64,000 nt of DNA from Balanoglossus misakiensis (lineage: Eukaryota > Animalia > Hemichordata). A program made the translations under genes and the position numbers. A model generated the notes under the pieces. The model was not told the DNA's origin and made no database searches. It was given only the letters and a program-made list of their open reading frames with translations. The DNA lies in NCBI GenBank assembly GCA_040954595.2, contig CM082592.2, positions 1,612,001-1,676,000 of the forward strand, in the 5' to 3' direction. How positions within the stretch are numbered: position 1 is the first letter of the stretch; every line of letters begins with the position of its first letter. Positions 1 through 13,003 of this stretch are shown piece by piece.

Positions 1-239
1 AACAAAAAAGTTTTAGAAAGCGAGCGGTTCGGACGTTAGGACAAGTTAATCGCATCATATTTGGAGTCGGTTAGGGGGCAGAAGTAGACAGGTAAAGGAT
101 TTTGCTTCGATAAAATCGAATTTCGGCCGAAAAAGCTGCAGTCCGGATCCGGACCGCAGAAGCACCAGTTTTTTCTATGGCGCCTTGCAGGGCTGTGGTG
201 GAGGCTGTGTAACGCCGGGAACACACAGACCTGTACGCA

Positions 240-415
240 GAGCTAGGCCGGTGACGGCTGAGTTGCTTCCTTGCAAAGGTCTCGGAGTCGCACTCGATCA
301 CCTGCTCTTGTAACTCCCAATCTCTTTATTTCCCCTTCCGTCATGGAAAGAACGGTGGCAGCTTCAACCCGCTCATTGCCAAATTTATCTCCTGCAATAT
401 TGCCTCGATGTCCAT
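240..415 (-). pseudogene. Frameshifted SAM (sterile alpha motif)-like ORF start, running off the left edge of the window
   Basis: Minus strand reads MDIEAILQEINL, then after a frameshift FGNERVEAATVLSMTEGEIKRLGVTRAGDRVRLRDLCKE, matching the SAM pattern (F..E.I....L.LT...L..LGI...G.R). A stop follows shortly after. Confidence 0.5.
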
Positions 416-552
416 CTCATTCGACTGCGACTGAGACGCACAAAACAAACGGAAAACACGGAAAATGGCCGACAGCAAAAATTGTGCGCCCTCTGGTGAG
501 GTGGAAGTGAAGGTTGTAAACAAGTAAATAATAATAATACTAGCAAAGTATC

Positions 553-861
553 ATAATATATTAACGAATCAAAATATAATCGTACTACTTCAACATTATA
601 TACTACTATTTATTTATAATATATTAACGAATCAAAATATAATCGTACTACTTCAACATTATATACTACTATTTATTTATAATATATTAACGAATCAAAA
701 TATAATCGTACTACTTCAACATTATATACTACTATTTATTTATAATATATTAACGAATCAAAATATAATCGTACTACTTCAACATTATATACTACTATTT
801 ATTTATAATATATTAACGAATCAAAATATAATCGCACTACTTCAACATTATATACTACTAT
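553..861. repeat. 63-bp minisatellite, ~5 near-identical copies
   Basis: Unit ataatatattaacgaatcaaaatataatcgtactacttcaacattatatactactatttattt starts at 553, 616, 679, 742 and 805. Confidence 0.95.
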
Positions 862-1016
862 TGCTATACTTAAGACCCCTGAGGCTTGCCATAAAGGTAC
901 TTTCAGATTATGATATTTGAAACCAGAAACTATAGAAAGGGTGATTTGCAAAGTATTTGTGGTCACCGAAATAGTTATGAATATAGAATAAAGGATAAAA
1001 AACAGTTTAACGTCTA

Positions 1017-3299
1017 CAGTACAGCGGCATAACAAATCGATTGAGCATTTTGTGATACAAGCACCAAACTTGGCTCAGATGTGCATTAATGTGTACTAAA
1101 CAAATTCAGATAGCGAGCCACAATATCTGTTTTTGAGTTTCCATGGCAACCATTTTTTTCATTTTTTTTCAAAATGGCCGCCAATACAGATACTCTCACC
1201 AACAAAATAACAATTATAAAACTCCAAAATAAATTCATATTACAAAATTTGAAACAAGAAACTGCTCAAAGAGTAATTTTCAAAATTTTTATCATCACTT
1301 AACTAGTTAAAGGGGTAAATACAGGATCGAGATTCAGTCGCTAAAGAAATTCAAGTTTGGTAATAACCCCGATTACAACAAACTTAGTTAAAACACTGTA
1401 TAACCATAGGTATATTATAATAGTGACCTGGCATAAACAACATTTTCATAACATTTTGGCATTTTGTGATAAAAGTTTAACAAGTAAACCTCAGTTGATT
1501 CGTTAATTTCCCCATAAAAATATCTGTCATGAACAAAATTCCAAATTTAGTCAACCCAGGAAAAAACGGCATCTTGTTTCTCAACCTTATAAATTGATCT
1601 GACCAGTTTGAATCAGTGCAGAATCTAGCTTTTCTATTTTATCTTCATCAAATGATTCATGCAAATAAAGAATCACTTCCCCATAAAATGATGGCAGAAA
1701 GCCAGTATCATGACAGTCGATTGGTTTGTTAAAGTTACTATAGAAACTAACTATGTCTAGGTTGTATGTACATAGATAGATGTTAGGAATCAAAATCAAA
1801 ATCTGTTTCAAACTTTTCATCCAATACTTGTCCTCGGAAAGTGTTTTGATGAAGTCGCTTGAAGTGCTTTGTATTGCTCATGTTTTCGATAATTTTAATC
1901 GCACCTTGATGATAGTCAGCAGTTCTATTTTGACATGTTATTTTGTGTATTTTTGAACCCCCAAAATCAAAGAATAAAATGATAAAGTGAAAATAAGCTT
2001 CAAAACATCAAAAGTCTTCAGGATCACAAGTTTTCTGTAAAGAGTAAGATTTCGCTTACTTCATGCTATTAAATGAAATGAAGTTTTCCTAATATCTCTT
2101 GCAAAGTCGGATCTTTACACATTGAGATATTAGAATGAAAGTACATTCCAAGTGACTTGTTGGGAGCATTGGGCCACCTAATCCCAGAAAATTGCAAAAA
2201 TACCTGTTTTTCCATTTACCAATCTAAAGGCCAACTGCTTGTATATTTAGTTGGGTTTCTATAATTAACACACACTTTTGACAATATTTATGGCATGATG
2301 AACACTATTCTCGACAAATAAAATAATGTTGTGTCCCCCGGTGTAATTTTTATGAGTTTGGAATCATAGACACCATTTATCTTTTGGTCAACTCTGTTAA
2401 CAGTCGCCAAAATTGCTGGAGTCGAACTGATACATGATCTAAAGTATCAAGACATATGGTCGATTATTAACGTTCCAGCAATTCGACTTAAGTTTCTTTA
2501 ATTTCCTATGGCATTTTGACAAACATCAACACCTCGAAAAAACGTTGTCAACGCTGCGGTTGTGATTGTGGTCGAAACAAAGCCAACATTTTCGCATGGT
2601 TTGTTACCCGGCGTCCATTTAGATTGCATTGCCTTTGAGGCCCTATGTGTATGTCTGTCGACCAATAAACGCGACGACCGCGGACTCAGTTTGGATCAAC
2701 GTCTATTTCGGGCAGTTGACTCTCAGTTGATAAGGAAATTTTACCATTCACGAGTAAGCTAAGCCCACATCCGTGTGCAATTCGAATATATCGGTGATCT
2801 GTTAATATGATTTATCATTAGCTAAGGTGGTAAACTGTTGTGATTCATATGTGTAATTTACGTACTGCAAGTTAAATATCGCAATAGGCCTAATGTTTGA
2901 CCATAGACAGTATGGTTTCACTTCTAGAGGAGCACATATTAATCCGAGAACAAAGGGATTAAAAGTTGCGCCTTTAAATTGTGTTTTGATAACTTACTTA
3001 CCCCTATAAGTAGTTTAGTAACCATAATATCTTTGCAAATCATTCTTTCCACAGTTCCTTGTATCAAATATAGTAATCTAAATTTATTTTGGTGTTTACA
3101 GTTGTTATTTGGTGGGTGAAATTATCTGTATTGGTGGCCATTTTGAAAAATTGGTTGCCATGGAAACTCATCAACAGATATTTAGTGGCTCGCTATCTGA
3201 ATTCGTTTAGTTCACATTAACACACATCTGAGCCAAGTTTGGGGCTTTTATCACAAAATGCACAATCGCTATGAAAATTAGGGTTTGGCCGTTTCACTA
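1017..3299. mobile_element. Non-autonomous DNA transposon with long imperfect TIRs (Academ-like), copy 1
   Basis: Left end cagtacagcggc...gattgagcattttgtgatacaagcaccaaacttggctcagatgtg...gcgagccac is the inverse of the right end gtggctcgc...cacatctgagccaagtttggggcttttatcacaaaatgcacaatcg...cacta. A second copy lies at ~47480-52241. YAGT termini resemble Academ. No matching TSD seen. Confidence 0.75.
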
Positions 3300-4319
3300 A
3301 ACAGCGAACACCGGAATATTAAACCGTTTTATTTGGTCTTTTACCGCCGAAAACACGGCAACGGTATTTTTTTTTATTTTACGAAAATCGATTATTCATT
3401 CATAGATTATACAATTTTCTTGAGTTTTTCCCGATAAGAATGGTATCAAATTTAAAAGTATGTAAGCTGTCGCTACTACTGGACCAGACAACATGTGCGG
3501 CAAATTTTTTGCAGACGGAGGACATTCAATCAAAGTACACGATAAAATAGGTAGGTTTGAACGTCAAATACAATGTCAGATCTTATGTCTGGTCTTTTGG
3601 GGGAGTTAAAATGTACAAGGGATAAAAATAGACGTTATTAAATGAAGTCGCAATGGAGGAAAAGCCCCAGAAAAGTAATACGGGTCACAATGTTTACGTT
3701 CATCACGCAACATGCTTAATGGCTGATCGTTAACGTATAAACCGGAAGTGATTTTGACCTTCGATTGTTTGATCAACACAACAAACGTAAACGTTTTGGC
3801 AAAGGATGTAATTGCCCGTTCAATCGTAAACCAGTACAGTGAAGGGTCGAGTAAAACTGTATTTCTACATTTCTACTGTTTATTTTTAGACTTGAACGAA
3901 TTATTGTTTTTTTTATCATTCAGAACACAGTTTTTTTCAAATGTTCATGATGGTGTAATCACTAATCATACATGTAGATGTATCTCAATATTCCATGCTG
4001 ATGATGGATGCAGTCATTTATTTAGATCTTGTGTTTCTGATGGTACTAAGGTAGGTTAATTGACAGTTGTAAAATTAAAAGCAAACACATGAACTTTTAA
4101 CTGTGCAACCTTGTGTAATATTTTAATTTAACAGGTAATACAAAAAGCTAAACAAAGTTAAAGAAACACAAACTACAAATGTACAGTTTATCACATATGT
4201 GGTACGGTATCACAATTTGTTTATTCCTTTCACACACTACAGTATATTACACACTATATTACATACTATTTTAATACTTCCTTTTGCTTTGCAGATATTC
4301 ACGGAGTCCTGAGTCCACG

Positions 4320-4520
4320 GACACATCAAGGTAAGTACAGTATTGCCATGAGGAACTACAATTAATTTTTCATACAACAGTTCTAATTATGCAACACTAG
4401 TCATAGATGCACTAGTAGACTTTCTCTCGGAGACATCAAGGTAAGTATTATGTGAGGAACTACAATTAATTTTTCGTACACCAGTTCTATGTAACACTAG
4501 TCATAGATGCGCTAGACTTT
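4320..4520. repeat. ~110-bp tandem duplication at the 3' end of the Chapaev gene
   Basis: acatcaaggtaagta...tgaggaactacaattaattttt...cactagtcatagatgc occurs twice. Confidence 0.8.
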
Positions 4521-7500
4521 CTCTTTTTTACTGGTGGTTTGTGTTGGAGTGTTGTTGGTGATACCTGTACCCAGTGCTCTTACAGCATGGATTTGGCGAT
4601 TTGTAAAGGGTCCTTGAGTCCTCTGATATTTGATTTTATATTATTCATGTGGGCATGCACACTCTCGCCACCTTGTTCTCCATGGAAGCCGCATCCAAAT
4701 CCCCAAGATCTTATAAATTGTGTGGTGTGGTCCTCCAAAATATGTAGTTTGGGGGAAATCCTTGCATTGGGAAAATATTCTCTGTAATATGCCATCAAGC
4801 TGTCAATATTTGTTTCTGTAAGGTGAACAAATACATTACATAGAAATTAGTGACATAGTGTGTGACATAGGACAGGACAGATCAAAAATCCATATACCCC
4901 CTGTTCTACGTCACACTCTCTCGGAACTGGGGTCCAGTTTGGATGTGGTAATAAGGTAAGTGTTGATTTGTACTTTACCTACCTAATTCATCAATCTCAG
5001 CAGCTTCCATACTCTCAGCTTTGCTGTAACCACTGTGGCACCTGGCAAGTAACTTGAATGGCCTGTTAAATTTCAAACATACAGCACGGGCTTCTGCAGC
5101 CAAACTGGGACAAACTGTTTCTACTTCACACAGAATAGAATCAGTCAACTTGTTGATATTGGTATCCTAGGTAGATAGATAATATGTTTATTTAGTATCA
5201 TTTCAGAAGATACAATTGCCCAAAACTTAAGTCAGCATATAATCAATAATATAATATTATATTTCCATTACCATGTACATACATTAATGTGTATATTCTC
5301 ATTCTCATTCTCAAATACCAGATTGTTATTATACTTTAATATTATGGTGCCTTGGAAAAGGGTAACTAGCTGTCCAGTCTGTCATCATTCACTCTACAAG
5401 GTAAGATCATGTTATCACTAAGAAACTTACTTGCAAACACTTGTGAACATGGTTTCCCACAAAGGACCTTCCATGGTAAGCCTGTCTATGAACGCCAATC
5501 TGTTGGAGTACACTGTCGAGCTTTTGGGCTAGTATGCCAGCTGTGACTTTCAATGTTGTTTTCTCCAACATGACCTTGATTGCCTTCTCCTATAATAAAA
5601 AAGGGATTAAATTTGTATGATTTACAAGTTCATTTTCTCAGCAGAATTTCATTTGTTAGGTACAATCACTGGCATCAGTATATATTCAGATGAGTTACGT
5701 ACAGATACCATGCCAATACATGTACATATAATGATTTCTTACCAGTAGTTCTATTTCTTTTTGTAGATTGTCACTCTGAGTCTGAAGCTTTAGTTGCTGT
5801 AAATCATCTTGCTTTTCAGCAACTTTTTCCATAGCTAGTACATATTGTTGGAATTCAGGGGTGTACCCATTGGTGTCAGCATGGCACTCAGCGAGGTATA
5901 CCCCGATTTTCCTGTCTAATGCATTTATTTCTGCCTCCATCAGGTTATAAAACCTCAGGTAGATTCCCAGATCAAGATGAAGACTCGGTACACACACCTG
6001 TAACAGTAAAATTCATAGTATAATTTATCATCCTTGCTTTTGATATAGGGAAGCACAGAGACAGTGGTTAAATCGTTGGTGAATATTATTGTCAAATTAA
6101 AACCACAGTTATCAGTATCGACTGGATAGGGACAAGAGAAAATTAATTAGAAGTCAGCAATTGTGATTACCTGTGATATTTCAATGTCAAAGATGGCATT
6201 GTGTATGACATTATTGTACTTCTTTGCACTTAACTTGCCATTACCCAGGGTGTTGAACTTGTCATGGTCTTGTTCCAATTGGGCCAGGGTCCTTAGAGGT
6301 ATCTGCCTGTGGTGCCTTGCAGTCTGGGCATCCTCTTGTGTGGCAAGGCACCATAGGCAGAAATGCCTTCCACTGGGACCACTGAGACCATACATTCTAC
6401 AAAGATACCCGTAGTCGCCAAAAGCAAATACTCGGAATGCTTTGTCTCTATTCCAATCAAAATTAAAGAAAACATCATTAGTGAGAAATATGTGTTTTGT
6501 CTCATACTACAATGTACTCCAAAATTGTATTGATAACATATCTTTAAATAATTGAAGTTCTACACAAAACTTGTTTGATGTTAAGAAATAAACTTACTTC
6601 CACGTTAATGATTTCAGTTGATTGATTTGCTCCTTGAACCTTGCAATAGCTGTGGACAAATTCGAATAGCAGTCCCTACTTTCATAGAGACAGAAGACGA
6701 CTGTGTTGTTTTTATTGTTTGGACGATTCACATTAGCCAATTGAAACATGCCTTTAAAACTTCCTCCTCCCTTGTCACCACCGATTTTCAGCCATATTTC
6801 TTTAGCTGGGATTTTGTTTTGATGCCATGTCAGGTTGTTCAGTCTACAAAATAAACCAGGAAACCATTCAGTATTGAACATGTCATAATTCACTAACTCA
6901 TCACCAGGTACTCAGATCTGGTATCAAATAAAATTTCAGGAGTTTCCAACTAGTTTTCCAGGTGTATTTAAACAAACATCTTGATTTTTTAGAAGTGTTG
7001 ACTGGTAAGATCATATAGTTAACACGACCTACATATACTATTATCTGTATAAACACGATGAATAATCATTGTTATTTATTGATTATTTTCCAGGTATTTC
7101 TGGGGTAAATTGCATCCTTCCAGAAACACTATCAAATTCAAGGACTTTCCAGGATTTTCCAGGACTCTATGGACCCCATGTCTTCATATTTTTTTAGCGT
7201 AGATAGTAAAGGTAAGTATTACGCATGAGTCAATGTCCTGTTTGCCAATCAACCTCACCAGTGTCAAAATGTAGCAGTCCTACCCCTGACAGATTTTTAT
7301 AGTGTTTAAATATTAAAATCAATGAAAAATTGTCTGGATGTGACCAGCCTCATTCTGATACAACAACCATTGTGGCGGAATGGCAGATTACTTAATACTA
7401 ACAAGTCAATACCTCACACATTGTTTGTATTATTAGCGAGTGATGCCAAATTTCCATTTCTGTCAGAGATAAATTCATGGTCTGAGTCTCAGAAAAAGAA

Positions 7501-7929
7501 ATGATATTGTTTCAAACTTGTCATTTTCTTCCAATTGTTTGATGACCCTCAAGGGTAAGTCATCCACACATATCCATGGTGCCAGCTTCATCCGTTTGTG
7601 TCCATTCTCGTCTGTAAACCTAAAAGGAAGATTTTCAGCAAGAATGTTTTCTCCGACGATGTCTTCCTTTACTAGTCTAATCTTGCCTTCTCCAGCTGTT
7701 TTTACACACCATTGGTTGAACCATCTGAGTTTGATATAAAACAAGTGACCTATCGGTCAAAAGAGCTCTGCTGACTTTAACAGTGAAACCTATAGCTGGG
7801 CAATGATATGAATACCCTAGGTTTTAATCATAACAATTGTATTCTATTAAACAAAACCAAACATAGACATCACAAGTATTGAATATCCACATTCAGCTTG
7901 ATTCATTGTGCTAAAGAAAGAAAGAATTT

Positions 7930-8490
7930 ATTCCTAACGAACAACATCAAAAGGAAGCACCAAGGTTCTAATTTGCATATTCATGACCCCATCAAAATTC
8001 CAATTAACAAAATCAGGTAGAGGGGCACGATAACTCACATTCCTACCAAATTTCAGCTCTATCGTACATGTATTTAGGGAGAAGATTTTTTTACCAAAAA
8101 TTCTATTTTTAGATCTAATTTGCATATTTATGACCCCATCATATCCAAATTAACAAAATCAGGTAGGGGCACCATAACACACATTCCTACTAAATTTCAG
8201 CTCCATCGTACATGTAGTTATGGAGAAGAAGATTTTTGACCAAAAATTCTATTTTTAGATCTAATTTGCATATTCATGACCCTATCAAATCCAAATTAAC
8301 AAAATCAGTTAAGGGCACCATAACACACATTCCACCCAAATTTCAGCTAAATATGCCATGTCGTTTTAAAGAAGAAGATTGAAATACAAAAAGTTGACGG
8401 ACGACGGACGACGGACGATGGACGACAGACGGACACTTATCAACCTACTGCTACAGCTCGACTGACACAAGTGACAGCCGAGCTAATAAA
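7930..8490 (-). mobile_element. Helentron-associated (HINE/DINE-like) non-autonomous element in Chapaev intron 2
   Basis: Minus strand begins tttttattagctcggctgtcac...gtcagtcgagctg (hairpin), then a (ccgt/cgtc)n microsatellite and three ~145-bp internal repeats (atttgcatattcatgacccc... at ~7971, 8118, 8263). Confidence 0.65.
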
Positions 8491-8514
8491 AAGAATGTAA
8501 GACTTGTAAGACAA

Positions 8515-9190
8515 TCATTATATAAGGTTATTCACAAAATACCGGGATTTATGTCCGAGTACATCGAACAGCGCAGGTATTGTCCTCGACGCGCAGCGTC
8601 GAGGACAATACCGAAGCGTACGATGTACGGGGACATAAATCCCGGTATTTTGTGAATAACCTTATTATTATACACCTTTTCCGGACGTCCTTGATGAACG
8701 ATAAAGAATAAATAGGCCGCTATCGGACTTTCTAGTTTTCAGACACCGCCATGATGTAATGTGCATATCGAACGCACCTTGACCTCGCGCATCAGGTGAT
8801 GCTAGTGTCGAGCTGCCTGTCTCGCGCGCGACGTTCTACGCTGCTTGCGCTGAACTAGTTCTGGAACTTGAAATGAACGCGCTCGCCTGTTCGTTCACAG
8901 ATTCCTTCGACTGAAATTTTAGCGTGGATTTTGACTTATTTCGCATCTTGGGTCACCAATAATTTAGTTTAATAACGGCTGTGTACTTTTTATATAAATT
9001 TTTGTCAGAGTAGGGTTAATATCATTGTTTACATTGATCACCGGTCCTGTGAGGTCAAAGTCACAATGCGTCCAATAACCCTGTGAGTTATGGGACTCCG
9101 CGTCCTCATTTGAATAATTATTGTACGGTGATACCGCGAATTATTGTATCATGGAACTCCATAGGTTACAGCAGTAGGTGTATAATAATA
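8515..9190. mobile_element. Non-autonomous element with a ~150-bp terminal palindrome plus a short internal/terminal inverted repeat (Crypton-like architecture)
   Basis: Palindrome ataaggttattcacaaaataccgggatttatgtcc...gtcctcgacgcgcagcgtcgaggac...ggacataaatcccggtattttgtgaataaccttat (8522-8665). ttattatacacct (~8665) pairs with aggtgtataataa (~9176-9188). Family call is from architecture only. Confidence 0.55.
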
Positions 9191-11725
9191 ATTTGTATAT
9201 GTATTACTAAGCAGCTGTATGCATGAAATTATGACATTTGATTAGCAATAACTTGTGACATAGCTATCAACCTACCTTTTCAGTTTTCTGTTGGAATTCC
9301 ATGAGATCCCTATATCCGCTTTCAATGAGAGCATCTTCTCATGACTCACTCTTGTTCTTGGTATTTTGTCAAATATTTGATCTATTCTTTGTTGCTTTGA
9401 TGCCACTTGTATCTCATCTCTGTGCTGCTGGTTTGTACTGCCCTTACTAATTATGTCCCTTTGTTCTTCCAGATACCTGGACCTTTGTCTGATGGTAGTC
9501 CTTGTTGCCTGCTCTGATGATTTTCTTGGTTGTGGAGTGTGCATCACAACAAGATTCTTGAAAATCATTAAAGACAATATAATTACTATTTCTTTAAATT
9601 AATTTATTATCTTGATGCTTCATTGTTTGAGTACTGGCAGCTCAAAAATTTAGAATTTTACATTTTATTGAAATCAAGCAAATGTTCCAGTTTCATTTTG
9701 AATTGAAAGGGTTAATGTAAACATGCCATGCACGCAATTATGATTATGATATTGAAAGTGAAACTGACCGGTCCGCCAGTTTTGTAAACAGCAGTCTTAC
9801 CATCAGTTGACTGGTGAAGTTTTGTTTTAAGAAGATGAGTTGCCACCTTTTCCAATGCAGGAGTGAGTGGCAAGTCTGGTGGCCTTTGTAAAATATTGGC
9901 GGTAATTGTACTTTCAGTATTTGTGACATTGGGGACAGGCTTTGGGCTTTGGGGACAGACATGCTGCGACACAGAATCAAGGACAACAGTTTGTTTACAA
10001 TTAAGACATTCCATTGGAAGAGAACACAAAATATTAAGAAAATAACGTTTAGCTGGACGAACAGAAAAACATGAGACCGGCTGACTACAACAAGGACAGC
10101 GAATACATGACATATTTTCAGTTTTGAATACCTTGATTAGACACTCACTACAAAAGACATGTTCACAATTGAACAAAGAAAAACACACACTACACTTAAC
10201 ATCTCATTTTCAGTTAGCATAGGATTGAAATTTTCTGGCCAATGAAATGTCTGTGAAGCCCTGGCTTGTGTTGTTAGATATTCCAACCCCTCATTTGTCA
10301 AAATTGACCCCTCCCCAGAATTGATAGTATATTCCCCCTCCCCTTTCTTAAAAGTTGGTGGCCTTCCCCGTTTATTTTTTTTTTGGTCTCCCACCCTTAC
10401 TTTGTTTTGTAAACATCTCACATATACTACAGGACCCAACCCTAGGATGGCCCACCCACTGATCACTGGTACCATAAAAATTTGCATTGTTACATATTTT
10501 TTTGTAACATAGGTAACACAATTTTGAGGGATGTACATCTGTTTCATCTTTCGAAATATCAACCCCAAAAACTGATAAAATTTCGTTGACATAAACAGAA
10601 CATTGCGGGGGCGATTGTCCTTGTAATGAACTCAATGAACTTTGGGCTCTCCCCCCACAAATTCTACACAATTTACTCAAACAAAATCTATGGAATTCTA
10701 AACCAAACATCATTATTTTCTATCACAACCTAAAATCGAACCCCCCCAAAAAAGCGAAAGTACCCTATCAAACAACAAAATGCGATCACCGACAGCAAAA
10801 AATGAAATGGCGTCCCTAGCAACGGGCGTCTCCTACGATCGCAAAAAAAAATGTTTTTATCTGGAGAGCAATGAAAATAAAATTAGCCTCAGAGAACTAA
10901 TTCATAAAATAAACATGTAATTGATGAAGAAACGTTTGTTGAAAACCAAATGTCTAGTAAAACTCAAGAAAATTGTTTAAAATACGATTATTTTTTACGT
11001 AACCTGTGAAACAGATGTCGTCACCCAGCCTGAGCGTCTGTCTGACGCGGACTAGGCTCGACGACCGCAAAGTCAAAATTTCGCGCGTTTTGGATTTGGA
11101 AGCACCCATACAGCTAATTATGCGAAAAATATAGACATATATGGATAGTTTGACAGATTATTGACATTTAATGGTACAAATTTATTGGCAGAAAGTCCAG
11201 GGAAACATGAAGGGGCGGGACGGTTTCTATGGGCCGTTCCTCTGTATTTACACACAATACGTCATCTATCTAGGTCATGACCCAAGAATTATGCTATTTT
11301 TTTCTGAGCATGCGTAGAACTCAGTTGACGTTATCCGGCAGAACTCAGTTGACGTTATCCGGCGTATTGAACATACGTGGCCTGCGGTGATTCTTCTTCG
11401 ATACAATACCAAAATTGAGACTACCAACACTGCTAGCGACAACAATCATTATCTTCAAACGAAGAGGTCTTTACTGATGACAGTCTGGCAAATAAACCCT
11501 AAGACTGTAACAGCGTCCCAACTCCTACACAAACTGTGTCCCCTCATGAGGTAAGCGCGAGGTGCCCTCATCTATATCTCACGTATCTAATTTTGCAAAG
11601 AAGTTACGCCTATCAGCCTCGTTCGCGAATGTACAGCTCTGCGGCCAAGACGGTCGTCATCACAAAGAGTGTGTGTCAACAAAATTAATGAAGCTTATTT
11701 GTTGATAATGGTCACATGTAGTAGT

Positions 11726-12096
11726 ACACCATCTTGTGAGAAAATAGCGAGGAACGGATACTTTCTCGCCGTTCCGCAAGAACCATGCGAGAACACAATC
11801 TTCCTTGCAATAGGTCAGCGATAATTGTGAATACGTCAGCGAGCATAATTTTTCTCGCTCTGCATTGAATTCTCGCAGTCAGTCGCGAGAATTTTTTTTA
11901 CCCACTTTGCATCTATACTCATTTCCCGACTTTTACATTGGCTACACCTGGTTGCCTGTGAGAATTAAATTTATCGCAGATGTAGAGCGAGAAAAGTTCA
12001 TTCTCGCTGACCTAAGGAAGATTGTGTTCTCGCATGGTTCTCGCGGAACAGCGAGAAAATGTCCATTCCTCGCCAATTTCTCGCAAAATGCGGTGT
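11726..12096. mobile_element. MITE with ~95-bp imperfect TIRs
   Basis: acaccatcttgtgagaaaatagcgaggaacggatactttctcgccgttccgcaagaaccatgcgagaacacaatcttcctt is the inverse of aaggaagattgtgttctcgcatggttctcgcggaacagcgagaaaatgtccattcctcgccaatttctcgcaaaatgcggtgt. Confidence 0.75.
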
Positions 12097-12655
12097 TGGT
12101 ATAAAATTGCCGGACTTCAGACGGTATGAATTTTATAGTTCCAGTGAGAATTTCATGTTAACCACAAAGCGCGAGGCAGGCCATTCGGAAGCACTCTTGA
12201 TGCGACAGGTCATCCTTTCCCCATTTAGGCAAAACAAATTTTGTTACTTGTCGTAGCAAAATGTCAAAATTGGTGCGGTTCATAGCTCTGGCGCCAAGTC
12301 ATATGCCGTATCCTCGGCTTGAAGCACAATATACGTCGGCCCCGTCCACCGGTGGCTGCATTGTGGTGAAGGAGTTGTTCGCGAACGAGGTTGTTGGGCT
12401 GTGCATGCATACATTTTATAAATATGACCGCTCATCTTGTTGATCGGAGGGGCAGCGCAGTTTTTGTACGAATTCGGACGCTATTCTAGTTTTAGGGATT
12501 ATTCCCCAGACCGTCTGCTATGAAAACCTCTCAGTTGGAATATGATGAATGAGTACGCAGTTTTTGTATGACAATAAATTGTCGGTAAGATATTGGTACT
12601 GTGTGGAAAATTCCCCTCATGCGCGCACCGACTACAAAACTGGCATTTCTCTTAA

Positions 12656-13003
12656 AGGGACAAAGTCTCTCTCTCGCTGCCCCTTTTCCCATTAATTATA
12701 TTTGATACAAGACACCGTTTCTATTAGTCTACGTGTGGATATAGAGTGAATCAACATTCAACCACACACATCTTCCATCCCGTTTGTAGGATATGAAAGT
12801 AACAATCTTGCCAAAATGAATAGATGGTAAACACCGATTATTCATTATAGCGAGTTTTTTCACTCTTGTGTCTACAAGTGGGATGGAAGTTGTGTGTGGT
12901 TGAACGTTGATTCACAATGTATCCACATGTAGAATAACATAAACAGTGTCTTGTATCAAATATAATTAATGGAAAAGGGCAGCGAGAGAGAGACTTTGTC
13001 CCT
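12656..13003. mobile_element. Kolobok-type fold-back MITE with TTAA TSD
   Basis: TTAA|agggacaaagtctctctctcgctgccctttt ... aaaagggcagcgagagagagactttgtccct|TTAA, with arms of ~130 bp. Confidence 0.85.

Larger units (their letters stand above)
4487..10713 (-). pseudogene. Chapaev-family (CMC) transposase with RAG1-like N-terminal Zn-finger/RING region; ~9 exons; frameshifts and one premature stop
   Basis: Approximate exons: 10713-9769 (FHRFCLSKLCRICG...HPSKLCYLC...WVGHP..C.IC..GGRPKK; RING CEHVFCSECL...CPCC; CLNC..HVC), 9556-9276, 7724-7519, 6843-6598 (IWLKIGGDKGGGSFK), 6448-6171 (FGDY..YGLSGPSGRHFCLWC), 5997-5742 (PSLHLDLG), 5590-5431 (YHGRSFVGNHVHK), 5166-4982, 4816-4487 (PKLHILEDH...GEQGGESVH). 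Mostly GT-AG boundaries. Premature TAA at 4580-4582, before a basic PPVKKRK tail. Confidence 0.85.

Noticed and set aside
553-861. CRISPR-like array (also considered for 22934-23235, 28379-29020 and 36938-37022)
   Set aside because: The units are contiguous tandem repeats without unique spacers, there are no cas genes, and the context is eukaryotic.
1587-1820. Conserved 77-aa ORF duplicated at 49347-49580
   Set aside because: The similarity reflects two copies of one non-coding transposon; there is no recognisable domain.
9630-9715. piggyBac TIR (gaaagggttaa) pairing with 26729
   Set aside because: The two ends face away from each other and the internal sequences differ; more likely an unrelated MITE fragment in an intron.
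3300-11250. ProtoRAG (RAG1L-RAG2L) transposon
   Set aside because: The catalytic motifs (GGDKGG, GDY, EQGGES) are Chapaev-type rather than RAG1/Transib-type, and no kelch-repeat RAG2L or paired RSS-like TIRs were found.
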